A stretch of 63,733 bases of DNA, counting the filler, from Octopus bimaculoides (lineage: Eukaryota): the NCBI RefSeq assembly GCF_001194135.2. It is 6 parts of 6 records of this genome, joined end to end, with 100 filler letters (N's around TTAATTAATTAA, not from the genome) between each part and the next. Parts side by side here need not be neighbours in the genome. Positions count along the whole stretch, not along the records: positions 1 to 18,249 come from NC_068984.1; positions 18,350 to 37,912 come from NC_068981.1; 4 more parts are not named here. One strand, written 5' to 3'. The position numbers and the translations under genes are program-made. Of this stretch, positions 12,974 to 25,978 are shown in pieces; position 1 is the stretch's first letter; each line of letters opens with the position of its first letter. The notes under the pieces are model-generated. The model did no database searches. It was not told the DNA's origin and saw nothing but the letters and a program-made list of their open reading frames with translations.

Positions 12974-13329
12974 CGTGTGTGTGCGTGTGTGTAAGAAGCA
13001 ATTGAGATTATTTTGAATTAGGTACTTAAATTGGAGCAACAACTCAGTCCGGTATCATCCGCACAGCTCGAAGTAAGGTGAACAAAATTACAATTAACAG
13101 CAGGATATCATGTAGTAATGCAATACGACCGTTTCAAGCGACTCCATTTAACTGAACAATGCAATTATTAATCAATATAAATGTAGTGCCATCTTCAGCT
13201 GCACAAATAAATAAATGGAATTTTAACAAGTAGGACATACTGATATGCTTTTTTTGCTATAAGTGTCTTTGAATCTCGTTTCCAGCAATGTAGGTGCTAC
13301 CCTGCAACCCCAACACACACACACACACA

Positions 13330-13379
<50 letters not shown>

Positions 13380-13859
13380 CACACACATATATGCGCGTGT
13401 GAGTGTGAATGAGTGTGTGTGCGTATGTGTTTAGGTCAGTTACAGGATTGGTTAGAGTGTCAAAGTACTTAGTATCGAGCTTACTGTATGTTAAAGCAAC
13501 TCTTTGTTGTCGATTGCAGGTAGTATACTCTAAGCATGTATAATGTATATATATATGAGATGAACGGAGTAGTTGTACTAGTAAGTAATGTTCGTAGCCA
13601 CTTCAACATGGTTGTTTCATTCGAAACCAGACTGTTATGCTGGTCCCATCTCTAGAAGGTGGTCCCCCCTGCCGCTTAGTAATATATCGGATTCAGCTAG
13701 GCATCGTTAACCAGCTAAAGATGTCCCCTTGAGGTTAAAAATACCGCAGTACAGTCTGTTCGAATGGAACAGCCATGATGAAGTGGCTACGAACATTACT
13801 TATTGGTACAACTACCTCGTTCATATTTTTGAAAGATTTAGGAACTAGCTTTTTTGTTT

Positions 13860-14381
13860 GTTGCAAAATCAGCGACCTTCTGTCGCTCGAAAGATCACAC
13901 TGTGTGTATGGTGGGACTGGGAAGGCATAATTCATTACGAACTGCTTGAACACAATCAGACACCCAATGTAGAGCTCCACGTTCAACAACTGCACCGACT
14001 CAACGAAGCAATTCAGCAAAAGAGAAAAAAAGAAAACGAATAAGGTGTTCTTCTGCTACACGACAACTCGCGTCCTCACATCATCAATATGACTAAGGCC
14101 GCGATTCAAGATCTCGAATGGAAAGTGCTGCCTCATCCTCCAAACTCTCCAGACTTGACGTCGTCATCTCTTTCGACCGCTTTCGAACGCTTTGCGTGGT
14201 GTGTCATTCAATAATGATGTAGAATTGAGGGCTTGGTCGGACGAATTATTTGAGTTAAAACTTGGAGATTCCTATCGCTGAGGCATCGAAAAATTTATTG
14301 AACGATGGGAGGAAGTCGTAAACAACAACGAAGAGTATATTATTGATTAATTTGTTGTAGATTTTTGTTTGAAATAAATTT
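13860..14381 (+). pseudogene. Mariner transposase 3' half (DD34D, cecropia/Hsmar1-like)
   Basis: RKITLCVWWDWEGIIHYELL..QQLHRLNEAIQQKR, LLHDNSRPH, LPHPPNSPDL, LFRPLSNAL, and ERWEEVVNNNEEYIID*. Right end runs into a gap. Same family as 52986-53844. Confidence 0.92.
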
Positions 14382-14805
14382 NNNNNNNNNNNNNNNNNNN
14401 NNNNNNNNNNNNNNNNNNNNNNNNNNNNNNNNNNNNNNNNNNNNNNNNNNNNNNNNNNNNNNNNNNNNNNNNNNNNNNNNNNNNNNNNNNNNNNNNNNNN
14501 NNNNNNNNNNNNNNNNNNNNNNNNNNNNNNNNNNNNNNNNNNNNNNNNNNNNNNNNNNNNNNNNNNNNNNNNNNNNNNNNNNNNNNNNNNNNNNNNNNNN
14601 NNNNNNNNNNNNNNNNNNNNNNNNNNNNNNNNNNNNNNNNNNNNNNNNNNNNNNNNNNNNNNNNNNNNNNNNNNNNNNNNNNNNNNNNNNNNNNNNNNNN
14701 NNNNNNNNNNNNNNNNNNNNNNNNNNNNNNNNNNNNNNNNNNNNNNNNNNNNNNNNNNNNNNNNNNNNNNNNNNNNNNNNNNNNNNNNNNNNNNNNNNNN
14801 NNNNN

Positions 14806-14847
<42 letters not shown>

Positions 14848-14974
14848 ATCTACATGCATACACGCAAACCACAAATACATATATGCACACACATAATACG
14901 TATATTTGTAGAAACATACATGCACGCACAACACACACACACACACGCAATCACACACAGATGCATGCATTCAC

Positions 14975-15075
14975 ATGTTCAACCAAATTCTACTTGGTTA
15001 AACCAAGGCTATGATAGATCACACTTGCTCAAAACCACGTAGTTGCTTGGCAACATTCTTAACCACAAAATCATA
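14975..15075 (-). mobile_element. Decayed SINE family B head/CORE fragment
   Basis: The reverse complement reads gtggttaagaatgttgccaagcaactacgtggttttgagcaagtgtgatctatcatagcct. Confidence 0.5.
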
Positions 15076-17252
15076 CGTGCGAAAAAATGTAGAGAATTTT
15101 AGGTGAGATAGAATTGTCTATGATTCTTGTGTCAAAGAAATCATGATTTTCGCTTTCGTTCTTTGCATTCTATCAATTTTTGTATTATATGTGATGGTTT
15201 CTTTCCGCTGGCTATTGCCATGTTGGGGCACCGTTATCGGTTGAGGAATTCAGTAGCGTTCCAGGAACATAACATCGCTCTGTGGATGAATTTGTGGATG
15301 TATGTGAGTTTATGGTTCTGTGTAATTTCCTTTCCGCTTTTTTGCTCTCTCTGTTTCGCTACCCCCCTCTCTCTCTCACTCACTCTCTTTATACGTTATT
15401 CAGTAAAGAAGAGGCACTAGCTGTTACCTTTGTATGCCTCTCCATGTTGATCAGCTTGATACAGTCAGCGCCCAAACTGTTATCAACAGGAAAAGTTTGG
15501 GAAGGGAGGAAAGTGAATTCTACTGAAGGCAGTCAAAAAGCAGGTAGTTCCGTTAAATGGTTGGCTCGCTGTGGTTACATCTATGTCTGTAGCAGTATGC
15601 ATCCAAGTGTATGTATGCATGGACATGTTTGAGTGTGTATTTGTTTGTTTGTTTGTGTGTGTGTGTGTGTGTGTGTTTGTGTGCGTGTTTGTACGTGCGT
15701 ATGTGTTTGTATGGTGTATGCGTGTCGGTTTGTGTGGTGTATGCATGTGTATGTGTGCGTACGTACTGTTTCCCATTACATTTTCTTGATCAAAGGAATC
15801 CTAACAAACCACTGTTGTCGTCATTGCTGCTGAGTCTTGAAGCTTTCTTGAAAACGACCTATAAATAAATACCGATAGTTCATCCCAGTTCTAAGGAGAT
15901 TTGGCTGCTACTTCTAGCAGGTCGAGCGTTAATGGTGAGATTCAGTCTTTGTTTTTAAATCTTACGAAATCTAGTTGCAATTTCAGGTAAACTATTTAGC
16001 AGAATCAGTAAAGCATCGTAAAAATGTTCACAGTATTAGATTATGGACATTTTACGCTTAGAATATTTATCAATGTAGATGAATAAATTTAGAATGTAAA
16101 TATAGTTGTTGCTGTTGTTGTTGTTGTTCTACTCCGACCAAGCTTGTTTATGAACAATTACATATTCCTTTGCTTTATATTCTAGTATAGTGAAATTGCA
16201 GACAAGAACGAGATCCAATGCCGTTTTTATATATGATTGGCTACTGTACCTTTGATATTTTATGATAACTCTTTTGGCGAAGGTATAATCATAGCACTCA
16301 TGCACCCATCCATCAGCTTGTACATATCTACAACCTGTTTAGTGAAGTTGTCTACACAAAGTCTTATGTCTGAGCGCTTACTTGATAACAATTCGGAAAA
16401 TATATTTTAAAACTTATTTAAAATTGCATTGGAAGTAGTTCAATAGAACAGAACAAAACGATATCTAAGGATTCTCGGTGATTCCAATTTCCAGATGAAG
16501 ACATTCCTTCTCTTTTGCTTTTCTCTTCCCCGACAAGAGCAACCTGAACTAACAACCCTTAAGATATATAGTCATTGTGCTTAAAACTAAAGAATTATTT
16601 GAAACATGTAATATATATGCAAACACACGCACACACATATACACACGCGCTCACACGCACGCACGCACAAACAAACAAACGGATATACATGTGTGTGTAT
16701 GTGAGTATGTGTGTGTTTGTGCGTGGGCTGAGTCAGCTTTAAGTAGTCATGTGCCCAGGTGTTCCACGGAGTAAATGCATCCTCAGCCTCATAGAAAAAT
16801 TAACTATCCACTACAATTATTCGTGTGCACATGGGCATCTTGGAGTCCGGTATTGCAGCATTCACAGCTCCTGTCTTGAGTATGTGTGCGTATATATGTG
16901 CATGGTGCTCATAATAAACTACAAAACAACAAAGACGCTACCAACAGATGTCTTTGCCATCTCTTTTCAACTATCTAGCTCTCTCAATTGAATACAGCTT
17001 GTTGTACATTGTTTCCTTTCTCTCTCGGGGTATTTGTGAAGGAGAAAAATAATTGCATTTATGCATGAAAATTGTTATGTAATTCAAATGACACCATTTA
17101 GTAAAAGAGGCAGGTAAATATTGTGATACTCTGTCGAACTACTAGGCATGCTCATAAGTTCAAAACTTATAGTTAATTATAGATTCTGCTGTGTTCGTAC
17201 GCCGAAATCAATAACGGTCAAGTACTATTTTCGAGAAAATGTATCTGTCAGG

Positions 17253-17580
17253 TGAAGGTGCATGGCTCAGTGGTGAGAGAGTCCGGTTGTGAGTTCGATT
17301 CTGGGACCAGGCTGTGTGTTGTGTTCTTGGGCAATACACTATATTTCATGTTGCTCCAGTTCACTCAGCTGTAGAAATGAGATGCAACGTCACTGGTGCC
17401 AAGCTGTATCGGCCTTTGCCTTTCCTTTGGATAACATCAGTGGCGTGGAGAGGATAGTCTGGGATGCATGAGTGACTGCACATCTTTCATAAACAACATT
17501 GCTCAGACATGTGTTTTGGAGTGGAACTTTCTAAGTGCAATCCCATGGTCATTCGTGACTGAAAGAGGGGGGCGCTTAAC
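17253..17580 (+). mobile_element. tRNA-derived SINE, family D
   Basis: A-box tggctcagtgg, B-box gagttcgattct, CORE-like gtgttcttgggcaatacact, then gttgctccagttcactcagctgtagaaatgag. A second copy of the body lies at 18960-19150. Confidence 0.85.
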
Positions 17581-17814
17581 ACTTTAGCCTGCATTTACCT
17601 GATAATTATTATTGCCAGACAATAGTTATTATCATGTATTCTTAAATTTCCTGCATCATTAACTCACAGCAGTGAGTGTTTTAATTAGGTCAAGTCTTGT
17701 CTCGAGTTCTAAAGCCCATAGGATCAGTTCACTAGCTTCCATTGTTTATTAGTGACTGAGATCACAACTTCTCCATTGATAGGGACCACAATCCGTTGCA
17801 GGGTTTTTCATTTG

Positions 17815-17942
17815 TAGTGGAGGTGCGTGAAATGAAGTGTTTGGCTCAGAAACGCAACACAGAGTCCGATCTCGTTATCGAAACCCCGACCTTACGATCG
17901 TGAGTACAACATCCTAACCACTAGTTCACACATTTTCACAAA
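17815..17942 (-). mobile_element. tRNA-like SINE head fragment
   Basis: The reverse complement reads tagtggttaggatgttgtactcacgatcgtaaggtcggggtttcgata.., with A- and B-box-like motifs. Confidence 0.55.
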
Positions 17943-18185
17943 TAATATGCCTGATCAAAATCAGCCAGTGGTTATTATCAGGTATTAATTTCTTTCAAAT
18001 AATAGGTATTATTAGAAAATGGTTACAGTTGGACCAAAGATTCTACCAATAAATAAAAGAAGAATAAGTTTAAGGAAATCAGTCTGGAGATCATCTAAAG
18101 TGTAAAATTTAAAATTGCATTTCCGAAATCATAAGATGTTTGCGTATGTGTACGTGTAAGAGCACACATACAGGCACGCACGCAT

Positions 18186-18249
<64 letters not shown>

Positions 18250-18293
18250 NNNNNNNNNNNNNNNNNNNNNNNNNNNNNNNNNNNNNNNNNNNN

Positions 18294-18305
18294 TTAATTA
18301 ATTAA
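18294..18305. other. Assembly gap linker TTAATTAATTAA
   Basis: 12-mer flanked by exactly 44 N on each side (100-bp gap). Confidence 0.97.
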
Positions 18306-18380
18306 NNNNNNNNNNNNNNNNNNNNNNNNNNNNNNNNNNNNNNNNNNNNTACCTGGACAGGTCCCGGCCAGAATAGCTTA

Positions 18381-18412
<32 letters not shown>

Positions 18413-18959
18413 AGATAAAAATTGGTGTGAACAGGAAGGGTTACGGTTGGACATATATCGTTTAAACACTACCATTGTTTCCACACTATGTAGTTCTCGA
18501 GGCATGCAGCTAATTGATTATGCAACCGCATCCCTGCATTATAATATCCAGTCGTATTTTGTCAGGTTATATGCAAATACTGTCTCTGTAAGTTCAAAAT
18601 CCGCTTCAAGAACATCCGCTTCAAGTATGTCGTGGCCTGAATTTAGTAGTAGTCAGGGAAGTGGTTTCATAATCAAGTACCTGCATGCGTCGAGAGGTAC
18701 GTTGCGTGGAAACAACTGTCGTGATTAAAAAATAACATTTCAACTGTACACGTTCTTGTTGACTCGAGTTTTTCTCTTATCTATTAACAAACGACAGATG
18801 CCCAAACGTAAACCTGGAAGTATATTTATTACTACTACTGGATAGTAAAGGTTAAATCTAGTGGACGAGCTTTATACTATTCTCTACTACGTTCTTAGCA
18901 GAATATATTCCATAACTATATGTGTGTTTGTGCGTGTGTTTGTGTGTGTGTGTAAAGTT

Positions 18960-19150
18960 TCATGGCACGTTGCTCCAGTTCATTCATCTGTAGAAATGAG
19001 TTGGGACATCACTGGTGCCAAGGTGCATCATCCTTTGCCTTTCCCTCGGTTAATATCGGTTGCCTGGGGAGGGGATGTTGGTATGCATGGGCGACTTCTG
19101 CACCTAGGAGCAGTACCATGGTCATTCGCTACCGAAGGTGGTCTTATACC
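18960..19150 (+). mobile_element. SINE family D body (5'-truncated)
   Basis: gttgctccagttcattcatctgtagaaatgagttgggacatcactggtgccaag..ccatggtcattcg aligns by eye to 17350-17560. Confidence 0.8.
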
Positions 19151-19330
19151 TGTGTATGTGTTTATTAAAACCCTTCGAAGATCACTTGTTGCCATGTGTT
19201 TCTGCCTCAGTAGGACATCAGTACAACGACTTTCCTATCCTACCCACATCTGTCGAGATACATACGCATATATGCAAATTATGTATGCATATATATATGT
19301 GGAAGTTGAGAGATACAGAGAGAGGAAGGG

Positions 19331-19362
<32 letters not shown>

Positions 19363-20029
19363 GTACAAATAAATAGCCCAATCTTTCAAGAAATGCATGT
19401 TATTGAGGACCACATATAACATAATATTTTTCGTATTGCCTAAATAAATATATTTGATAGTATTCATAATATTGATATATCTAATTAATTACCGAATGCA
19501 TTGATGTATTTTTTTCAATTACTTTCGGATTCAACTCATATTTGAACAAAATTGTAACTCACAATTTATTATAGATAGCTACATCAGATTATTTGTGCAA
19601 AACATTCCATGTCAATACTATGTTGCAGACTATAGCGCATCAATGAGTTTCTAGCTAATTTGATCATATAGCTGATATGAGAAATGATAGAGTAACAGGA
19701 CGGTTAGAAAGATCGTGAAGAATTGATGACCGATAAAATTTGCCGCCTGCCTTTGTGGCTTGTTTACTATAAATCCTCGAAGCAGCCTCGCAAATAGGAT
19801 CAGTTGTTGATTAGAGTAATTACTGCTCTAGTCGATAGCAGAGCGATGCTGGAGAATATCAATAGCAAAGCTATGATAAATGACCAGTGAACACCAATGT
19901 GTGATGTTAGAAGAATGTTGCCATCGTTAATTCATGTTATCTTTATTATTTCCCTTCTGTTTACAACGCCTGAACTTTTTTTATATTGATTTAATAGTTG
20001 TTTTTCTTTTCCTTTAATCTTTGTTTTGG

Positions 20030-20050
20030 TATTATTATAATTGTTGTTGT

Positions 20051-20127
<77 letters not shown>

Positions 20128-20151
20128 TAATAATAATAAGAATTTTTATTA

Positions 20152-20225
<74 letters not shown>

Positions 20226-20352
20226 TGTCGTCATCATCATCTGTAGTAGTAGTACTACTGATACTGCAAGTAGTAGTGGTAGTAATTGCAGCAGCAGCAG
20301 TAGTAGTAGTTGTTGTTGTTGTTGTAGTAGTAGTAGTAGTAGTAGTAGCAGA

Positions 20353-20384
<32 letters not shown>

Positions 20385-20679
20385 AAGTAGTAGTAGTAGT
20401 AGTTTAACAGAAACGTCAACACTTTGGATAACGTAGAAATTATTTCTTCCAGGATTTAACGTAATCCTTTCAAATCTCACTGAGTTCACGTTCACCATTC
20501 ACAGTTTGGGGTCCATAAAAAAAAAATATCCTTGAAATACTGGCATGGATGTAATCATTTTCACCCCGCCCCACTAGCAAAATTGTTAACGTTGATTCTA
20601 AATTTGAAACCACCATCACCACCACAACCACTACTAGTACTACTACTACAACTGCTGCTGATGCTGATGTTGCTGCTGT

Positions 20680-20742
<63 letters not shown>

Positions 20743-20872
20743 CCCTGCCATCACCAATTTTCTTCGTCGTATTTATCACGATATTCCTCATCTTCGTCAG
20801 GGTCTACATCGTCGTTGTTGTCGACATCATCATGATCATCATAGATATTATTTTCATCATCATCATCCTAAA

Positions 20873-20916
<44 letters not shown>

Positions 20917-20935
20917 ATGTGATTGAAATTTAAAT
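20030..20935. repeat. Compound trinucleotide microsatellite block ((AAT)n, (ATT)n, (GTA)/(GCA)n, (ACT)n, (ATC)n)
   Basis: Directly visible. Explains the poly-N/Y/I/L/V/S ORFs. Confidence 0.95.
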
Positions 20936-22419
20936 ATAGTTCCATTTGTTGTTTCCTCTAACGTTACGTATTGCCTCGCCACACATCAAGTGTTTGTTCT
21001 CAATTACAGTAGCTCGTGACTTCTAACGTCGGCACTTCTGTAATTCTATCAACTATTGCCAATCAATTACATATGCTGCTCGTTTCTGTTTGGTCAGCTT
21101 TAATGTAAAGCTGCCCACTTTATTTGAGCAGCTATTTTGTCTTAGGCATTCATCTCTTGATTCAGATTCGTGCTGTAAATATATTCATTTCACATTTTAC
21201 AATTCTAGTACGTCTCGCGATGAACAACATAATGCCAATAACACGATATCTGCGATTTGCTCTTTTTTGTTTTGCATATATTTATTGATTCACAGAACTG
21301 TATGCTTTTGACTATCTATATTCATCATAATTTACGTCTTAAAGTGTTCATTACCTACATTTATTCATCTATAGTTCCTGTGCTATATTATAGAAAGTGT
21401 ATTTATATTCGGTATATATATNNNNNNNNNNNNNNNNNNNNNNNNNNNNNNNNNNNNNNNNNNNNNNNNNNNNNNNNNNNNNNNNNNNNNNNNNNNNNNN
21501 NNNNNNNNNNNNNNNNNNNATATATGTATATATACACATAGACATGCACGCACAATTCGAAGTTTTCAAAGGTATACTTGTTCTCATACCAGTCCATATA
21601 CGATATTTCTGCAATTTTAGAGAATACAATGGATATTTTATATGAACAATGCTTATATACATTGCGTTTAGAATTGCATTATAAACACAAGTCATTAGAT
21701 TATGGTCATCCTCTGATAATGAAATACATTGGTACTATAGTAAAAAAATTCAGCTTTGAATATTTATTACCAGCATAATCAAGTATGTGGAAATATTAAT
21801 TATATCAAATATAGATGTCCGCTAGCAACTTCAAAAAGAAATTCGTTTAATACTTATACAAATAATTTATTCCCCGTACTTTTATATTAAATTATGTTGA
21901 TGAAAATGCGACTTTATATTTTTATGTTGACAGGTATATATCCCTGATTGGAATAAATCACATATTTAATTGTGAATGATATAATGTAATGTAAGTTTAT
22001 CCTAATAAGATTATCTTAATCTGTATTTTAACATTTATTTTTACTATGAGTAAATTCTAGCTAAACACGATTTATCCACTTACCAACATACATTAATCAT
22101 AGTTTCTTCAAATACAAACAGCTTACCACAGATATACATTATAGTAAGAGTCTTTACTATCTTAAGATCCGTAAATCATAATAGTACTGAAGACAATGAA
22201 TACTTTAAATCAAAAGTCTAAATACTTTCAATATCACTAACACGATCACCTCAGAGGATACAATATACATTAAATAAAATATCAGGCGTTTAAAGAAATG
22301 ATGAACAGCAAGCTATCCATAGACATACCTACTTATTTGCATAGATACACCATTCACAAGTAAACACCACCTGGAACGGTTTTATTTGAAGAAATCAAGT
22401 CTAAAACGTATTGCTTTTA

Positions 22420-22545
22420 AATCCTAGTATTCATTCTATCGGTATATTTTGCCGAAACACACAGTTACGGGAATGTAAAGACAGGAACAGCGGGTGTTAA
22501 GCGGTGATGGAGGACAAACACTAACACAAAAACACACAGACACAC
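22420..22545 (-). mobile_element. SINE family B central fragment
   Basis: cctagtattcattctatcggtatattttgccgaaacacacagttacggg..gtgttaagcggtg matches 60608-60700. Confidence 0.7.
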
Positions 22546-22564
22546 ACTCACTCTCACACACATG

Positions 22565-23250
22565 CACTTCAACCATGAACTCCAGACGACTTGGGAAAAT
22601 CCTGCAACACTTCTGGATGATCTCCGTATTTAAGTTTGTGAATGCTACAATAATTCTTGCCTTCATTTCATCTTTGGAATTACAATGAGTTTTGCTTGTC
22701 ACTTGCTCAAATGCACCCTACATATAATAAACAAGGGTTTCGCAGACTTGGGAGTTAGTTGTCCAGATGTTAGGAGTGATGTGGTTGAAAAAATTGTCTG
22801 ATAGCTATTGGTTTCTCTTGTTTGAGTTACATGGTTCAGAGTCCAGTTACAGAACTTAGTGTCTTCCAGCAACCACCCTCTTGATTCAGGTCTGCACTAC
22901 CTCCTCCAGGCACTTGACGTAGGCATCCGGCTTGAATCTTATGTCGTGTGGGAAGATGAAAGGGAGCCTATTGTCACCGTCACGAGTGATCACTCCAAAC
23001 ACCATGATGTTGTCCTATCTTTGAGTTTTATTTGTTTCGGTACATATGCTCAGATTGCACTGTCCACAAATTGCATAGTCCTCAAATACTCTGAAATATT
23101 CGTCCTGGAGCTTCCGGCGCGAATGCCAAGCATTGTAGCATTTCGTTTCTAAATATCCGGCAGAGTGAATTGCATCGTAGTGCTGTTTATCTCAGAGCCA
23201 GTGCCCAACTGAGCCTACTATACTGTGCATACCACATAATCGAAAACAAT
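22565..23250 (-). pseudogene. Internally deleted maT (DD37D-like) transposase remnant
   Basis: Minus strand: MQFTLPDI*KRNATMLGIRAGSSRTNISE (N-terminus) joins directly to NIMVFGVITRDGD..PFIFPH..YVKCLEEVV, LDSEPC, SDNFFNHITPNIW, and SKDEMKARIIVAFTNLN..RLEFMVE. In this copy the D-D spacing counts 36 and the third D reads V. Confidence 0.8.
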
Positions 23251-23589
23251 CAATGATCGTACGGAAGATTAAGAAAATGAAAGTAGAATTTACACATTAC
23301 ATACATACATACATACAAACTTTTATTTTGTTTTTAGAAAAGTCGAATATATATCGTATTGCTTTCTTGTCTGTAAAATATTATAATACAATACACATTC
23401 ACATACACACATACACACACATGCACATATACTCCATCAATTTTCTCAGCATAGCTGTTAGCTTCCACCACTCCAAAATCTATAAACAAACAGACGCACA
23501 CGCCTACATCTTTTCTCCTCCTCCCACCCTACCTACACCAAACTATCCTTCCCCTACTCCGAGTTTCTACGTCTCTGCCGGATCTGCAG

Positions 23590-24340
23590 CGCCTGTAGCT
23601 TCATGACACATTCCCAAATCATGCGTCACCAATTTATTATTTATAGAAACTTCTTCACTGTAACAAAGAGCCTTCGGCCGTACATGGTCCGTTGACCGTA
23701 CTTCGTCTCTTTCTCCACTTACCCGCCACACCTGTACTCGCCTCCATTTCCACTTCACCTACCACACCTTAACCCTATCCCTCTAACGAAAGATTTTCCA
23801 AGCCTCTCGCTGATTCCAATCCAGCCCCTGTATTTTCTACATCATTCCTATCCCACACTTTTCTCTTTCAAACGCGCTCAGAACCTACGTGAACAGCTCT
23901 GCATTTTCTTCCCCACTCCCTGCAGCCAACCTGGATCTTTTTCTTGCTTTTGTCCATACCGTCTCACCTGCCCTTATCTTTTCAACACGACTATCCTAAC
24001 CTATTCCCCCCACGCCCCTCTCTACAACATCACTGATTGATTCACTTATGCTTCCAGCAATGTTATTTACTGTATCCTCCGCTCTCTTTGTCTTTCCCCG
24101 TACACCAGTGATATGAGACGGTGTTTAGCCGACCGGAACGCCGAATATCTCCGGGACATTAGTCTCGACTCTGATATCCAAGTCTCACGTTATATCCGCT
24201 CGACCGGTCTTTCGCTACATCTGGCTTATTTGGGAGTGACCTTGCACAGATGCCACCTGGTATCCCACCTCCACCCAGAGCAAAGCACGATTTTCTTTAT
24301 TCATTCCTCTGCAACTAATAGTCATAAATAGTCACTTCTT
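23590..24340 (+). pseudogene. Penelope-like element remnant (GIY-YIG endonuclease region)
   Basis: FKRAQNLREQL, SQPGSF, and RCLADRNAEYLRDI..VSRY..PEQSTIF parallel the FRRDRSLRDSL / PGTFPC / RRLADRFAEHLR..EQHLIF motifs of Penelope C-termini. Confidence 0.7.
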
Positions 24341-24748
24341 TTCATCTAAACCTACCCCTACATACAGCACACACCTCACAACTTCCACTTCCCATCCTTT
24401 TTCATCCTCACCCGCTTGTACACTGTTTAATCCAGTACCCATACCGTACCCATTAGGCACACCTAAACACACTCACACTCCTTCCCACTATGCAAACACA
24501 ATCTTGCAACACCTGAGTCCACCCCTATTCCACCTCGAATCTCCAAGCATCCTCCACAACGCACCCATCTACATCTGATGGTCTCACACACACAAAAACA
24601 AGGACCCTAACTCATATACACACATGCACAAACGCAGATCACAAATACACCAACACCATATACACATTCACTTTATCCAACAGTTCCACGTACGCACACG
24701 CTGTAACTGGTAATAGTGAATTATTTGTATACTAATCTGTCAATTCCT

Positions 24749-24789
<41 letters not shown>

Positions 24790-25850
24790 ACCACCCTCTA
24801 TTAAATTTCATGTACCTCTACGTTACACTGTACCCCCGCTCTATTACCAACCCGCATTCATCATTCCACTAAACACTGCGACCTTGACCACCGCCACAAC
24901 CACCCCAGTCTGTCTACGCCCTCTTTCTTTTCTCATGCCTTTCTACATAATTTAGTAATCCTCCTCCGCACTGAACTAGATACTTTTCTTTCCTCAAATA
25001 AAAAATCATATCATTTCTCACTATCTCAACCAATAATTCTATTTATTTCATCCCCAAATTTGTGCCACCTCAATACAATACACAATCATCTATACACTAT
25101 ATACCCCACCCTCCGATTCATTTTTCTACTCTCCCCCTCAACTACTGCTACTCCCTTAGTAGCATCATTATTAACCACTCACTCGTTTTTAACTGTCTCT
25201 TCTGCTTACGCCATTCCCTGTCACAATCCCCACCCAGTACTCCATCTAATATACTTTGCTCTGCATTTTTAATCATTCCAATTTTGAACTTCTCTGCATT
25301 GAGATCTGGCTCGATAGACAGGTACATAGAGGCCAAATGGTGCGTTGAAATGGATGTACAGGGACTGTTTTTATATTTCGAGCTCCACGTCCATTATCAC
25401 AATCGAGTCTGCCTCCGGTATATGTTTTAAGTAACTTCTATAGAGTGTAGTATTATTAGTTGAGAATTAAACATCAGATCTAGGCGGAATAGGGATAAAC
25501 GCAACTTATATCGCAGTTTCTATGCGCGATTCAGGATCGAGATTGCTTTGAAACTTGATAGGTTGTTTCAAGTGCATTTAGAAACTCAACAAAAACATCG
25601 TCAGGGAACATTTTATTGCGTGAAGTTACAGTTACTGATACATATACCGACTTATGACCTCCAAAGTTAAGTTATACATTTTACTCGATGAGTAAACCTT
25701 CCAAATAAACTTCATTGCAGTCAAAATGAATTTTATAACATACACAATGATAAATTCAATACGTAGTCACTCCATATTACTCATTAATCTACTTTAAAAA
25801 TAATGATCTACTAGCTGATACCGTGTAGTCAAAAATGACAGCTAATTGTA

Positions 25851-25978
25851 CAGGGTGATTCAAAAGTCACCATAAATAGGAAAAATTTACGTTTTTATAA
25901 GAAACAGTTAAATAGAAAAAAATGTTTCTTATAAAAAAATTAACTGTTCTTATGTATGGCAACATTTGAATCACTCTG
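25851..25978. mobile_element. 128-bp Tc1/mariner-type MITE
   Basis: TA|CAGGGTGATTCAAAAGTCACC ... GGCAACATTTGAATCACTCTG|TA (TA at 25849-50 and 25979-80), with a perfect internal 15-bp IR tttttataagaaaca/tgtttcttataaaaa. Confidence 0.88.

Noticed and set aside
13022-13072. 51-nt AG..GTAAGG-bounded open frame VLKLEQQLSPVSSAQLE
   Set aside because: Weak polypyrimidine tract, no recognisable homology, and such candidates are expected by chance.
13745-13850. Open frame QYSLFEWNSHDEVATNITYWYNYLVHIFERFRN
   Set aside because: Looks protein-like, but it is short, has no clear splice boundaries, and matches no family I can name.
16280-16545. Minus-strand open stretches (SDIRLCVDNFTKQVVDMYKLMDG; VALVGEEKSKREG)
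   Set aside because: No homology or consistent splice signals.
25280-25440. Minus-strand exon candidate KLLKTYTGGRLDCDNGRGARNIKTVPVHPF
   Set aside because: Several frames on both strands are similarly open; it cannot be supported without expression data.
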